NCBI GenBank assembly: GCA_008690995.1
Contig: VRMN01000001.1
Span: forward strand, 2,108,001 to 2,172,000
DNA length: 64,000 bases
Reading direction: 5' to 3'
Source of the DNA: Porphyridium purpureum
Taxonomy: Eukaryota
The position numbers were made by a program, and so were the translations under genes. Of this stretch, positions 49,821 to 61,246 are shown one piece after another. Position 1 is the first letter of the stretch. The number at the start of each line of letters is the position of its first letter. The notes under the pieces were generated by a model. It made no database searches, was not told where the DNA came from, and worked only from the letters and a program-made list of their open reading frames with translations.

Positions 49821-52800
49821 ATGGGAATCCTCCAATTCGTAGGGTCCGACCTGCACGGCGCCGGGTTTGCGCGGCAGACTTACAGTCCATGGATACGCAA
49901 CACGCACGGCAGAGCCTTCTGCACAGGCTCCCGCGCTGCCCCACCAAGCGTTTTCAGCCGTAGCGCCCATGCCGTGCCGCGCACGGCAAGGGCGCCGCAC
50001 TCTGCGCGAAGAATTTGTATGGTGATTGACGGGAATGAAGCCAAGAATAATCCGGTCCAAGTGCGCTCGAGTAAGGCGTCGTCCCCTTCCCTCAGCGTTG
50101 GGCTCACGCTGGACACTCTTGAAACGAAGCAGACGGCCGATGACCTAGGTATGTTTATCACGCACGTGTACCGGGCGACGCGTACCGAGTTTGGCACGGA
50201 GAATAAGGCACGGAAGGCCCTGGATTGCCGGGAGCTTACGGTACAGAGAGAGGACTGCTTCAATATACTTAGCGAGACACCCTTCTCGCAGCGCGAGCTG
50301 GACGTGGTGGCCTGGCTACTGGGCGAAACGTACGAAATGCACAAACTGTCGGCACACTCGCAGCTGCCACAGGCGTCCCCGACGGCTTCGTTCGTGGTTG
50401 AAGTGGGACCTCGTCTGAACTTCCAGACCGCATGGTCTTCAAACGCTGTGAGTGTATTCAAAGCGTGCGGACTTGCCAAAGTGTCTCGCATTGAGCGATC
50501 TCGCCGATACTTTGTGTCAGCTCCAGCAGCCGTTTCGTTGTCCGCCAGCAGCATTGAGGCGTTTGTCGCGCTCGTCCACGACCGCATGACAGAGCAGCCG
50601 TACGTGATGCCGCTCGAGTCCTTCGACTCTGGACTAGAACCGGCACCGACGGGCGTGGTCGATTTACTTGGGTTGGGCGTCGACGAGCTGCACAGGGTAA
50701 ACGCGGAACAAGGGCTCGGCTTCGACGAATGGGACGTGCGCTATTACTATGAACTCTTTGCCGAGTCCTTGAAGCGCAACCCCACAAACGTGGAGCTATT
50801 TGATATGGCGCAGAGCAACAGTGAACACTCGCGACACTGGTTCTTCAAGGGCAAGCTGGTGATTGATGGCGAAGAGCAGCCGCAGCATTTATTTGACGTT
50901 GTGCGTGACACACTGCGTGCCAACCCGCGGAACTCGGTTGTGGCGTTTGCAGACAATTCGTCCACGATTCGCGGATACACTGCTCCGCTTCTGGTGGCGC
51001 AGGCGCCTGGCGAGCCCAGCTCGATGGCGCTGCAAGACATTGACTTGGACGTGCTGTGCACGGCCGAGACGCACAACTTCCCATCCGGCGTCGCACCGTT
51101 CCCAGGCGCTGAGACTGGCGCGGGCGGGCGCATGCGCGACTCGGCCGCCACGGGCACAGGCTCTCTTTTGATCGCCGGCTTTGCCGGCTACGCCGTTGGT
51201 AACCTGCAGCTGGACAATTACGCCCTACCGTGGGAGTCAGACGACTTTGAGTACCCTTCGAATTTGGCAAGTGCGCGCCAGATCACCATCGAGGCGTCGA
51301 ACGGCGCGTCTGATTACGGAAACAAGTTTGGCGAGCCGCTGATCTGCGGATTTGCACGCTCGTACGGCTTGCGGGACGCCGCTGGCTCGCGACGCGAGTT
51401 TGTCAAACCCATCATGTTTTCCGGCGGACTTGGTCAGATGTATAGCATACACGCACGGAAGAAGCAGCCGCAAACGGGCATGCTCGTGGTTAAAGTGGGT
51501 GGCCCGGCGTACCGCATTGGCATGGGCGGCGGCGCAGCGTCAAGTATGGTGCAAGGCGCAAACAAAGCCGAGCTGGACTTGAACGCAGTGCAGCGTGGCG
51601 ACGCCGAGATGGCGCAGAAGACCTACCGGGTTTTGCGCGCTTGTGTCGAGATGGGCGAGCAGAATCCCATCCTTTCGCTGCACGACCAGGGTGCTGGTGG
51701 CAATTGCAATGTGGTCAAAGAGCTGATTGAGCCTTTGGGCGCACGCATCAATCTGCGCGAAATTGTGGTGGGTGACGCGTCACTGTCCGCGGTCGAGATC
51801 TGGGGCGCAGAGTACCAGGAAAACTTTGGTTTACTGTTGGCTGCCGAGCGTCTGCCCTCGTTCGAGCGGCTTTGTGCGCGCGAAAAGACGCTTTGTAGCG
51901 TGCTCGGTGAGATCGACGGCTCGGGCAAGATTGTTCTGTACGACTCCAAGACGGACACGGTGGTGGAGGATCTCGAACTGGACGCTGTCCTAGGTGAGCT
52001 GCCGCAAAAGACATACGTGGACAAGCGGGTGTCTGGTGCAGAGCGCGCTCGCATGCTTTCTGCGCTGCACTTGCGTGATGTTGGGTCTATTGGTATCGCA
52101 TTGGATCGCGTACTGCGGCTGATGACGGTGTGCAGCAAACGCTTCCTGACGACAAAAGTGGACCGCTCGGTGACAGGGTTGGTGGCGCAACAGCAGACGG
52201 TGGGCGCGCTGCAGCTCCCACTCGCGGACGTGGGTGTGGTCGCACAGAGTATGTTTGCGCTGACGGGAGCCGCAGTGGCGCTCGGTGAATGCCCATCTCT
52301 CACGCCATTGTCGCCTCAGGCCATGGCGCGGATGGCGGTGGCCGAGATGCTCACCAACATGTGCGCGGCTCGCATCACCGCGGTCGCAGACATCAAATGC
52401 GAGGGGAATTGGATGTGGGCTGCGAAGCTGCCCGGTGAAGGTGCCGATCTTTATGACGCGGCATGCGCGATGCGCGAGCTTATGATCACGCTCGGGATTG
52501 CAATCGACGGCGGCAAGGACTCTGTGTCCATGGCTGCACGCTGTGGTGACGAGCTCGTCAAGGCGCCCGGAACGCTCGTGGTGAGTGGATACGTCACTGT
52601 GAACGACGTGCGCCAGAAGCTCACGCCGGACATTAAGCGTCCGGGCGGTTCCTCGTTACTGCTCGTGCAGCTCGGTGGCACTTGGACTAAAAGTGGACTT
52701 CGGCTCGGCGGTTCGGCGCTTGCTCAAGTGTTCAACGTGACGGCCAGCACGCCACCAGACATTGATGACGCGACTGTGTTGCTCAAAGGTCTGGATACTT

Positions 52801-54248
52801 TGCTTGCTCTGCAGGACGAGGAGCACAGGCGTGTTGCGCCGCTCGCCTACCACGACGTAAGTTCTGGCGGCTTGTTGGTTTGTCTTCTCGAAATGGCGTT
52901 CGCGGGCGACTGCGGCTTGGAGGTGCGCGTGCCAAGCTCCGTGAGTCCATCGGTGTCTGCTGAAGAGCTCGCAAAGGTCTCGGCAGACCAGGCCGACACA
53001 ATGGAAACAGCCGCACTGGGCTTTCTATTCGCGGAAGAGGCGGGCGTCGTGATTGAAGTGGATCACAGCGCGCGCGAGCGCGTGATGGAAATGTTCAAGG
53101 ATCAGGGCGTGCCGTGCTTGCACATCGCCGAAACCCTCGTCGAATCAGAGATTGTGGTCCGAGCTGAATCTGAAACTGGATCCGTGAGCACGCAGAGCGC
53201 CGCCGACGAATCAGTGTCAGCTGCGCTGTTCCGGGGCGACGTGCGCAAATTGCGCGACACGTGGGAAGCCACGTCGTTTGAACTCGAAAAAATGCAGGCG
53301 GAGGAGCACTGCGTAGCTTCTGAACAGGCGCTTTTGCAGACACAGGCAGCAGCAGCAATTCCTCGGTATCAATTTAGCATGACGCCGCGGCGCACGCCAT
53401 CGGACGTCATGGGTGCACCTAGCAAGCACCGTGTTGCGGTCATTCGGGAGGAAGGCTCGAATGGCGACCGTGAGATGAGCGCTGCGTTTGTATTGGCGGG
53501 CTTTGAGCCTTGGGACGTACACGTGAACGACTTGGTGGAAGGGCGCGTGTCGCTGGATGGCTTTCGCGGTGTTGTATTCGTAGGCGGCTTCTCGTACGCC
53601 GACGTGCTCGACTCGGCCAAGGGATGGGCGGGCACCATCCGCTTCCGTGATAATGTGCGCGCTGAGTTTGAGCGCTTTTACGCTCGCAGTGATACATTCT
53701 CGCTGGGAGTGTGCAACGGTTGCCAGCTGATGGCTCTGCTTGGCATTGTTCCATTTGGCATGGACGAGCTTCCGGGTTCGCAGCAGCCTCGATTTGTGCA
53801 CAATGACTCGGGCAGATACGAGAGCCGCTTCAGCACGGTGCGAATTGCTGAGCAAACACCGAGCATCATGCTGAAAGGGTTGGGCGCCTCGCAATTGGGT
53901 GTGTGGGTTGCGCACGGCGAAGGCAAGGCGTTTTTCCCAGACGAGGCTGTTCTCGAGCGTGCACAGGCGCTTGGGCTGACAGCCATGCACTACGTGGATG
54001 CGGCGGGCGCACCCACGGAGCGGTACCCTCTGAACCCGAACGGATCGGCGCGCGGAATTGCCGCGCTGTGCAGCCCGGATGGTCGACATCTGGCCATGAT
54101 GCCGCATCCGGAGCGCGCCGTTCTGGAGTGGCAGTGGCCTTTCAGAGGCAAAGGGTCAGACACAACGGCGCTCATGCCGGAAGGCGTGAGCCCCTGGCTG
54201 TGCATGTTCCAAAACGCGCGTGTGTGGTGTGACGAGCACACCGTGTAG
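49821..54248 (+). CDS. purL: Phosphoribosylformylglycinamidine synthase (large-type PurL) with organellar leader
   Basis: VEVGPRLNFQTAWSSNA, AQSNSEHSRHWFF, AETHNFP, HDQGAGG, DGGKDS and the glutaminase motifs LGVCNGCQL and MMPHPER. Confidence 0.97.
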   Translation: MGILQFVGSDLHGAGFARQTYSPWIRNTHGRAFCTGSRAAPPSVFSRSAHAVPRTARAPHSARRICMVIDGNEAKNNPVQVRSSKASSPSLSVGLTLDTLETKQTADDLGMFITHVYRATRTEFGTENKARKALDCRELTVQREDCFNILSETPFSQRELDVVAWLLGETYEMHKLSAHSQLPQASPTASFVVEVGPRLNFQTAWSSNAVSVFKACGLAKVSRIERSRRYFVSAPAAVSLSASSIEAFVALVHDRMTEQPYVMPLESFDSGLEPAPTGVVDLLGLGVDELHRVNAEQGLGFDEWDVRYYYELFAESLKRNPTNVELFDMAQSNSEHSRHWFFKGKLVIDGEEQPQHLFDVVRDTLRANPRNSVVAFADNSSTIRGYTAPLLVAQAPGEPSSMALQDIDLDVLCTAETHNFPSGVAPFPGAETGAGGRMRDSAATGTGSLLIAGFAGYAVGNLQLDNYALPWESDDFEYPSNLASARQITIEASNGASDYGNKFGEPLICGFARSYGLRDAAGSRREFVKPIMFSGGLGQMYSIHARKKQPQTGMLVVKVGGPAYRIGMGGGAASSMVQGANKAELDLNAVQRGDAEMAQKTYRVLRACVEMGEQNPILSLHDQGAGGNCNVVKELIEPLGARINLREIVVGDASLSAVEIWGAEYQENFGLLLAAERLPSFERLCAREKTLCSVLGEIDGSGKIVLYDSKTDTVVEDLELDAVLGELPQKTYVDKRVSGAERARMLSALHLRDVGSIGIALDRVLRLMTVCSKRFLTTKVDRSVTGLVAQQQTVGALQLPLADVGVVAQSMFALTGAAVALGECPSLTPLSPQAMARMAVAEMLTNMCAARITAVADIKCEGNWMWAAKLPGEGADLYDAACAMRELMITLGIAIDGGKDSVSMAARCGDELVKAPGTLVVSGYVTVNDVRQKLTPDIKRPGGSSLLLVQLGGTWTKSGLRLGGSALAQVFNVTASTPPDIDDATVLLKGLDTLLALQDEEHRRVAPLAYHDVSSGGLLVCLLEMAFAGDCGLEVRVPSSVSPSVSAEELAKVSADQADTMETAALGFLFAEEAGVVIEVDHSARERVMEMFKDQGVPCLHIAETLVESEIVVRAESETGSVSTQSAADESVSAALFRGDVRKLRDTWEATSFELEKMQAEEHCVASEQALLQTQAAAAIPRYQFSMTPRRTPSDVMGAPSKHRVAVIREEGSNGDREMSAAFVLAGFEPWDVHVNDLVEGRVSLDGFRGVVFVGGFSYADVLDSAKGWAGTIRFRDNVRAEFERFYARSDTFSLGVCNGCQLMALLGIVPFGMDELPGSQQPRFVHNDSGRYESRFSTVRIAEQTPSIMLKGLGASQLGVWVAHGEGKAFFPDEAVLERAQALGLTAMHYVDAAGAPTERYPLNPNGSARGIAALCSPDGRHLAMMPHPERAVLEWQWPFRGKGSDTTALMPEGVSPWLCMFQNARVWCDEHTV

Positions 54249-54669
54249 TTAAAGTATCACAAGCAGTGTGGGCGCCCAGTCGATTTCCAAACGCCGTCGC
54301 GTTCTGATGTAGTGCGGCCTGTACGGTAAATTATGACTGCGTACGTACCATATTTTGCTGTGAATTGTGTATTGTTCGATATTCGGTTCCCGACACAGGC
54401 GCGCACGTGTACAACATGTGTGAGGCCTCCTGTCCTTTATGCTGCTTGTGCAGAGGGCCCTTTGCCTCTTGTTAAAGACACACGATGCCAAATGACAGCG
54501 GCTTGCAACATTTCATGCAACAAGGGAAATTTTAACCCAACTACAACAAAAAGTGCTTAACATCGCAGCATATCGGATGAACTACAGTGAACCACGTGCC
54601 GCCTCTGCAGCGCGACTAATATCGCGCGGCCGCTGAGCTATGCCACGCCTAGGAGATCAGAGAACTGAC

Positions 54670-55761
<1,092 letters not shown>

Positions 55762-56226
55762 CTAGATCGCCCAACGGACCACACTGCCAAACCAACCGAC
55801 CCCTCTCAACCGAACGCCCATCGACGCCCCACGCGCGTTTACATACCAAAACGGCACTGTTTTGGTATGGGACACTCCCAACACCTTTCGTGGCTGCCGC
55901 GCTTTCTCTCTCTGCCTCTTACCACCACCACCACCAACCGCGTGATGCTCGCACCGCAACGGAGCAAGAAAGATTAAATAACGCAATTGAATAATAGATT
56001 AAAAAACGCGATGTCGCGCTGTCACCACCACGGTTCAGTGTGGAGGTACAGTCTGCGCTCGTGTTAAGCGCGGGTGGAAGGTACAGTACGGCGGTGAACA
56101 CTAATCGGTTGACGGGTGGAAGGGTTGGACAAGGAAGGTTGGAGACGCGTGGTGCGAGAGTAGCAGGTGTGTGGGACGGCGCGGTTTCTAAGCGTCGGAG
56201 TTGGGGGTCTTCTGTACAGGTTTGGC

Positions 56227-57060
56227 ATGGCCGCACGTGCAAATGCACAGGATGTGCCCGACATGGCCCTGACAGATCGGTTCCGAGAGCAGAACCGCGC
56301 GGTGCACCGCCAGTCTGACGCGCTCGTCAATGTCAAGCTGGCCGCAGCGATGACAGACATGCGCATGTACATGCAAGCGCTAGTCTTTTTCCGAGCTTTG
56401 TTTGTGGCCATCGAGACAGCGCTGCAGAAAAATGCGCATCTGTCCACTGTCCGCCCCATGTACGAGTGCTTCTGTGATCCGTCCACTCGCCGCACCGAGC
56501 GCTTTGACAGAGACATCCAATTTTTCCAGCAGCGTTTGGCAAAGTCGGAACATGCGAAGGGTAGAGCGGCGAGTGTGGTGAGTGAGACATTGCCCGAGTC
56601 TGTGATCGCCTACGTGACACATATTTCAAAGCTAGCCCACTCTCCGGATACGGCGTATTTAGTGACTGCTTACGCGTACACCATGATGCAGGCCATTCTC
56701 GGTGGCGGTCGGATACTGAAGAAACTTGTCACCACGGGTCTGGCGCTCGACCCAGATAGCGATGACGGCGTCGCCATCTTCTGTCTGGAAAAGGGGCAGA
56801 CTGTCGCGGACGTGCGGGATCGGTTGCGCAGTGCAATCAACAGAAACATCGGCCCGCAGCTGAACGACGCGCAGAGGCAGGCGCTCGTTGCAGAGACGAA
56901 ACAGGTTTTTCTGCGCAATAATCGCATGGTGGCTGATTTACAGACAACGGCGGATTTCTTGAGGAGGATCATCAAGTGGATTTTGCTGGTCCTGTTTTTG
57001 ATTCTTTGTCTTTATATGGGCGTTTCCAAAATCAAGGCGAAAATCGTGGAGCCGCTGTGA
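56227..57060 (+). CDS. Heme oxygenase with C-terminal membrane anchor
   Basis: Proximal His in FREQNRAVHRQSD, RRTERFDRDIQFF, AYAYTMMQAILGGGRILKK and ETKQVFLRN, with C-terminal TM WILLVLFLILCLYMGV. Confidence 0.88.
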   Translation: MAARANAQDVPDMALTDRFREQNRAVHRQSDALVNVKLAAAMTDMRMYMQALVFFRALFVAIETALQKNAHLSTVRPMYECFCDPSTRRTERFDRDIQFFQQRLAKSEHAKGRAASVVSETLPESVIAYVTHISKLAHSPDTAYLVTAYAYTMMQAILGGGRILKKLVTTGLALDPDSDDGVAIFCLEKGQTVADVRDRLRSAINRNIGPQLNDAQRQALVAETKQVFLRNNRMVADLQTTADFLRRIIKWILLVLFLILCLYMGVSKIKAKIVEPL

Positions 57061-58225
57061 TACCTCTTTTGCAGGTTGGTATCCAGGCTGCTACATCATC
57101 TTCACGCAGAGTATCAGTTAGGCACATTGTCTTCCAGTACCGAATCGCTCGGTCGATTGTTCTTCGCTCAAGAAAAATTGAGACCGTTTCGATCGCGTGG
57201 TATGGTAGGCTTCCGGTTTCTACCTGCTCTTGTGAGCAGCAGCGCCCGTACGAAATGGGATATATCCTCGTTGGCAGGCAGGTCCATCAAGTGCGGCGTT
57301 TGCTCACGCGCTGTGTTCGAACCCTTTCCGGCGTACTCTGACGTAAAAGTCGATTGCTAATTTCGTTTCATAGTTAGCGCTTATTTACAAACTTGGCCTC
57401 GTATGGCCGTACTTCGAGGCAAGGATCATGTTAACTCTCTCGCCCATCCTTTTGAATACCGCAGGATAACGTTACTTGGATTGAGCTCTGAACTTGCGGT
57501 TGTGTGCGCAAGCCAAATCCTAACTTTTGGGTGCGTCGCTCATGAGTCATGGTTCTCCTTATAGATGGACATGAGAAATACGTTGCTGCTCAACCAGCGG
57601 GACAGCCAGCACGCAATGGTGACTTTGACACCGTGCTCAGTGTGAGTCACTTGTTTCTCACTCCATCAAACAGCCCATGAGATCTAGTGGACTGTGCGTT
57701 TGGCGTTGATTCAATTCCCAAGGCGTCACAGAAATTCGTGAATGTCGAGTTCACGGCAACGAGACCTGTTTGCAGAATCCGGGAAAATGAAGATCGAATC
57801 TCAACGCTAGCATGCACAAGGTGTGCGCTCTTCGCCTCAATTTGCGCTACCCGCAAACGCTGGGGCGTGGGAACGCACTGCCTGTGCAAGGGGTCACGTG
57901 GCGCGTGGCCACTGGGCGTGCCGTGCGTCCTATCTAACAGATTCACGTCAAAAGGAAGAGAACGTTTACTGGCTTCCATTCCTGTGATGGATGCACTGGG
58001 ACTGCAGAGGACGGAAAGGGAGAAAAAGAAGAGAGCAAATTTGCTCAAATGAAGAACTTTGCCGATACTGAAAATTCGCGGATCCAACCATGGCACAGTG
58101 CCTCCATGCACGCCGGAAAACCTGCAAAAGGGATACCGCTTCACGCCGTATCCACCGGATCAAAGCTGCAGGTAGGCACAAATTCATCTGAAGGCCGCTG
58201 ACCAAATGGCTCCTCGGAAAGCACG

Positions 58226-60595
58226 CTAGTCTCGATGTGCGGCTGCGTGAACGCCCGTAAAGGTCAAAATCACACCAACGATCACAATGAGAGTAATGCC
58301 CGTGACGTAAAGAAGGCAGTCCACCATGCGTGTCTTCCACGAACGATTCATGTTCAACATACCACCAATACCAAGTGACCCCACCGACCCAATATACAAA
58401 AGCATACCAGCAGTGATCGCGAGCAACGTGCCTTCCGCAAGCTCATCCACCTCGTTCTGAACAGCAATGCCGATGCCAACACCGACAGGAGTGATGAGCG
58501 CGAAGCCAACCATCCAGAGTGTGTAGCGCCAAAGTTCCATGCTGGCGTTGAAAAACTGCACCGAAATCGCTAGCGACTCGGCCCACTTATGCGTCACAAT
58601 GGCGATACACAGCGCGATTGCCTGATCAAGAGATCCCACACCCAGGCTGAATCCGGCGAAGAAAGCGTGCACCGAGATTGCGAGAAAGGTCAGCAAACCA
58701 CAGAAAAAGTGCTTCTTGTGTGTTGCGTCTCGCTTGATCAACTGTGACGCCTCATTATCCGACGACAAACCACTGGATGCCTCTAAATCCTCATCATTGC
58801 TAAGGATTGCATCAGTGTCGCCCTCAGCTGCAGACACAAGCTCCACTTCATCTTCACGCTTCTTGTACATGACGGCAAGAGCTTCTGCGCCATGCGTATG
58901 TCCCGCGTGCTCGTGAGCCATGTCTTGACCGTTGGCGAGCGTGCCCTGCTCCGCAAAGTCGACTCCATTTCTATCCGATGCGGTTACCACTCGCACACCC
59001 GTCATTTTTTCAATGACGTAAGGAATGGCCATGGCCTCCAGAAACAGCGTAATCAAGAAGCCGACCACCAACATAGTCATCGTATAAGGATACTCACTGA
59101 ATTGGGCAATTTCAATCGTTAAGAGTAGCTCGATGGCATGAGGGACCACGTGTACGAGACCGGTCGCGAACAAGACACCACCAGAGAGCGACTCGACAAT
59201 TGAGATGGATTTGCCCAGGTCCAGCCCGCTAGGCTTAAACTTAGGCAGCAACCAAATCCCCAAAGAAATGAATAAGCTTTCAAACAAGATGATAAAGAGA
59301 AAACCAATTTTCCAGCCCACGCACGCCGAATCACAGCTTTCGCCGACAACGCTGGATTCATCCTCCAACAGGAACTCCTGCGAAGGGCCCATAAATACGA
59401 CATTGCGAGCCTCTAAACCAAGGCGCGCCGCAAATGTGCCGTCTTCAATCTGCGCATCCAGGTTTGCAATCGATTCGGCCGCTCCATCAGCAGATCCATG
59501 CAAACCGAATTCATACGTAACCGTATGATCCGTGGACGAGTGCTGCACCGTGCCAGCAATCAAAATATCGTCGAGATGAGCCGCAGTTTCCGGCACCAGC
59601 TCACACGAAGGAACGACCTGCAAGGCGTATCCGGCTTCACACTCACAAGTTCCGGATACGAGCTGACCGTGTCCACCGCAAGTTAAATCCACATGAAAGT
59701 GCTCCGCGGCCGTCTCACTGGCACACACAGGCACCTGCACAGGCAAATATCCAATCTCGCACAAACACGTGTTGTTATCGGCGATGAATTCTCCGTGTTC
59801 ATTGCAAAACTCTCCAGGCACGAAGTGGTGGTCGCCGTTCTGAAGGGAGCGGCGGCTGGCGTGGTCCTCATCGTGCTCCTCGTCGTGATCGTGCTCCTCG
59901 TCGTGCTCGTCACCGTGCTCGTCTCCGTGCTCGTCACCATGCTCGTCGTCGTGATCGTCTCCGTGATCGTCTCCGTGATCGTCACCATGCTCGTCACCAT
60001 GCTCGTCACCATGCTCGTCACCATGCTCGTCTCCGTGCTCGTCGTCGTGATCGTGATCCTCGTCGTGATCGTGATCATGATCGTCGTCGTGTGCATGCGG
60101 TTCGTTCAAAGACATAGCGACGTTTGCCCTGCTGAGGTCGCGCAGCTGAGACTCAAACGTGTCAGCTGGGACATCCACAAAACGCACCTGCGTGCGGAAC
60201 ATGCTCGACGGGTTAGCGTCGTCCGAAGGGTTGGGTCCCGGTCCATCAGCGGTGCACACCTCGCAGAAACACTGCGCAGCGTGGCAATGACAATCTGTAC
60301 CAGCACCACCGCAGTCTGCAGCGGCGCTGCAAACGGAGCCCTCGCACAGGACCTCGCCATGCACCGTATCGACGCACCACAGACACGTGCACGACAGCAC
60401 CAGCGCGGCCAGCAGAAACGCGCTGCACGCACCAGCCTTCTTCCCATGATGATGGTGATGGTGATGACGTCCTGGCGCGACCACGGCGCGCGATCCGTGC
60501 GCGTGATGCTCATGCTCATGCTCATGCTCATGCTCGTGCTCATGCTTATGCTCATGCTTCTTCAGCAGACGCGCCTCCACAGAAGCCGGCAACAT
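58226..60595 (-). CDS. ZIP-family zinc/iron transporter with a large His-rich, EGF-like ectodomain
   Basis: LSGGVLFATGLVHVVP, SVHAFFAGFSLG, HKWAESLA, ITPVGVGIG and ITAGMLLYIG. The start could be 60700. Confidence 0.92.
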   Translation of the reverse strand: MLPASVEARLLKKHEHKHEHEHEHEHEHEHHAHGSRAVVAPGRHHHHHHHGKKAGACSAFLLAALVLSCTCLWCVDTVHGEVLCEGSVCSAAADCGGAGTDCHCHAAQCFCEVCTADGPGPNPSDDANPSSMFRTQVRFVDVPADTFESQLRDLSRANVAMSLNEPHAHDDDHDHDHDEDHDHDDEHGDEHGDEHGDEHGDEHGDDHGDDHGDDHDDEHGDEHGDEHGDEHDEEHDHDEEHDEDHASRRSLQNGDHHFVPGEFCNEHGEFIADNNTCLCEIGYLPVQVPVCASETAAEHFHVDLTCGGHGQLVSGTCECEAGYALQVVPSCELVPETAAHLDDILIAGTVQHSSTDHTVTYEFGLHGSADGAAESIANLDAQIEDGTFAARLGLEARNVVFMGPSQEFLLEDESSVVGESCDSACVGWKIGFLFIILFESLFISLGIWLLPKFKPSGLDLGKSISIVESLSGGVLFATGLVHVVPHAIELLLTIEIAQFSEYPYTMTMLVVGFLITLFLEAMAIPYVIEKMTGVRVVTASDRNGVDFAEQGTLANGQDMAHEHAGHTHGAEALAVMYKKREDEVELVSAAEGDTDAILSNDEDLEASSGLSSDNEASQLIKRDATHKKHFFCGLLTFLAISVHAFFAGFSLGVGSLDQAIALCIAIVTHKWAESLAISVQFFNASMELWRYTLWMVGFALITPVGVGIGIAVQNEVDELAEGTLLAITAGMLLYIGSVGSLGIGGMLNMNRSWKTRMVDCLLYVTGITLIVIVGVILTFTGVHAAAHRD
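59861..60097 (-). repeat. Coding 12-bp minisatellite giving (HGDE/HGDD/HDDE)n
   Basis: Tandem GCTCGTCACCAT-like units on the + strand. Confidence 0.9.
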
Positions 60596-61246
60596 CGCCG
60601 CCGCACCGCCATGGAACTTGGCGTTCGCGGCGCGCGTGTGCGCCACGCCGTGCTCTCCACAAAACATGATCCGTCCTCCAATCCACCTACTCCGTCCCAC
60701 TCACCGATCCCAGCCCACCTTTCCTCCCTCTTCCTTCTCCTCCGACACACCTTGGTCCTCCTCTCCTCCCCGATCCGCTGCGTACCTGCTTTCTGTGCAC
60801 GATGAAATACTAAAAATCCTCACGCCGGCCGCCGAGCGCGTTCGCCTCAAATACGCATAAAAGGCGCCTGTTTTATTATCAACGGCCGATTTCACGCAAC
60901 ATCCATTGGACGCGGCACGATCGCTCTCGCTCGATCGCGCGCGTCCTCGCTGGATATTCGTGCGCTTACTCACTACACAGTACATCCAAGTACAGCAAGG
61001 CGCTCGAAAAAGGAGTGAAGTACAGTTCACGTTCTCCGGCGGTACAGCGCGGCTCCGAAATTCGCGCCTCGCGGTCGGCGGTGCGCGCAGGTACGCGGCG
61101 CGTGGGCGAGATTGAGGAGCCCGCTGCGCACGTCGCGGGGGTGGAGTGCGCGGCCGGCATAAACGTGCGTCGGTTGGAGAGTAGGCGTGGGTCGCAGTCG
61201 CGGCGGCTGGCCTTGAACTGTCTGGTGTCGGTGTCGTAAAGGCATC

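Noticed and set aside
59861..60097. CRISPR-like appearance of short repeats here and at 11567
   Set aside because: These are tandem units with no unique spacers and no cas genes, in a eukaryotic context.
59693..60805. 370-aa hydrophobic (MLVT)n ORF
   Set aside because: It is the antisense reading of the His-repeat region of the ZIP gene.
60980..61095. GTAC cluster as a ZIP-specific metal-response element
   Set aside because: Similar clusters precede genes unrelated to metals, so it is reported as a general promoter motif instead.
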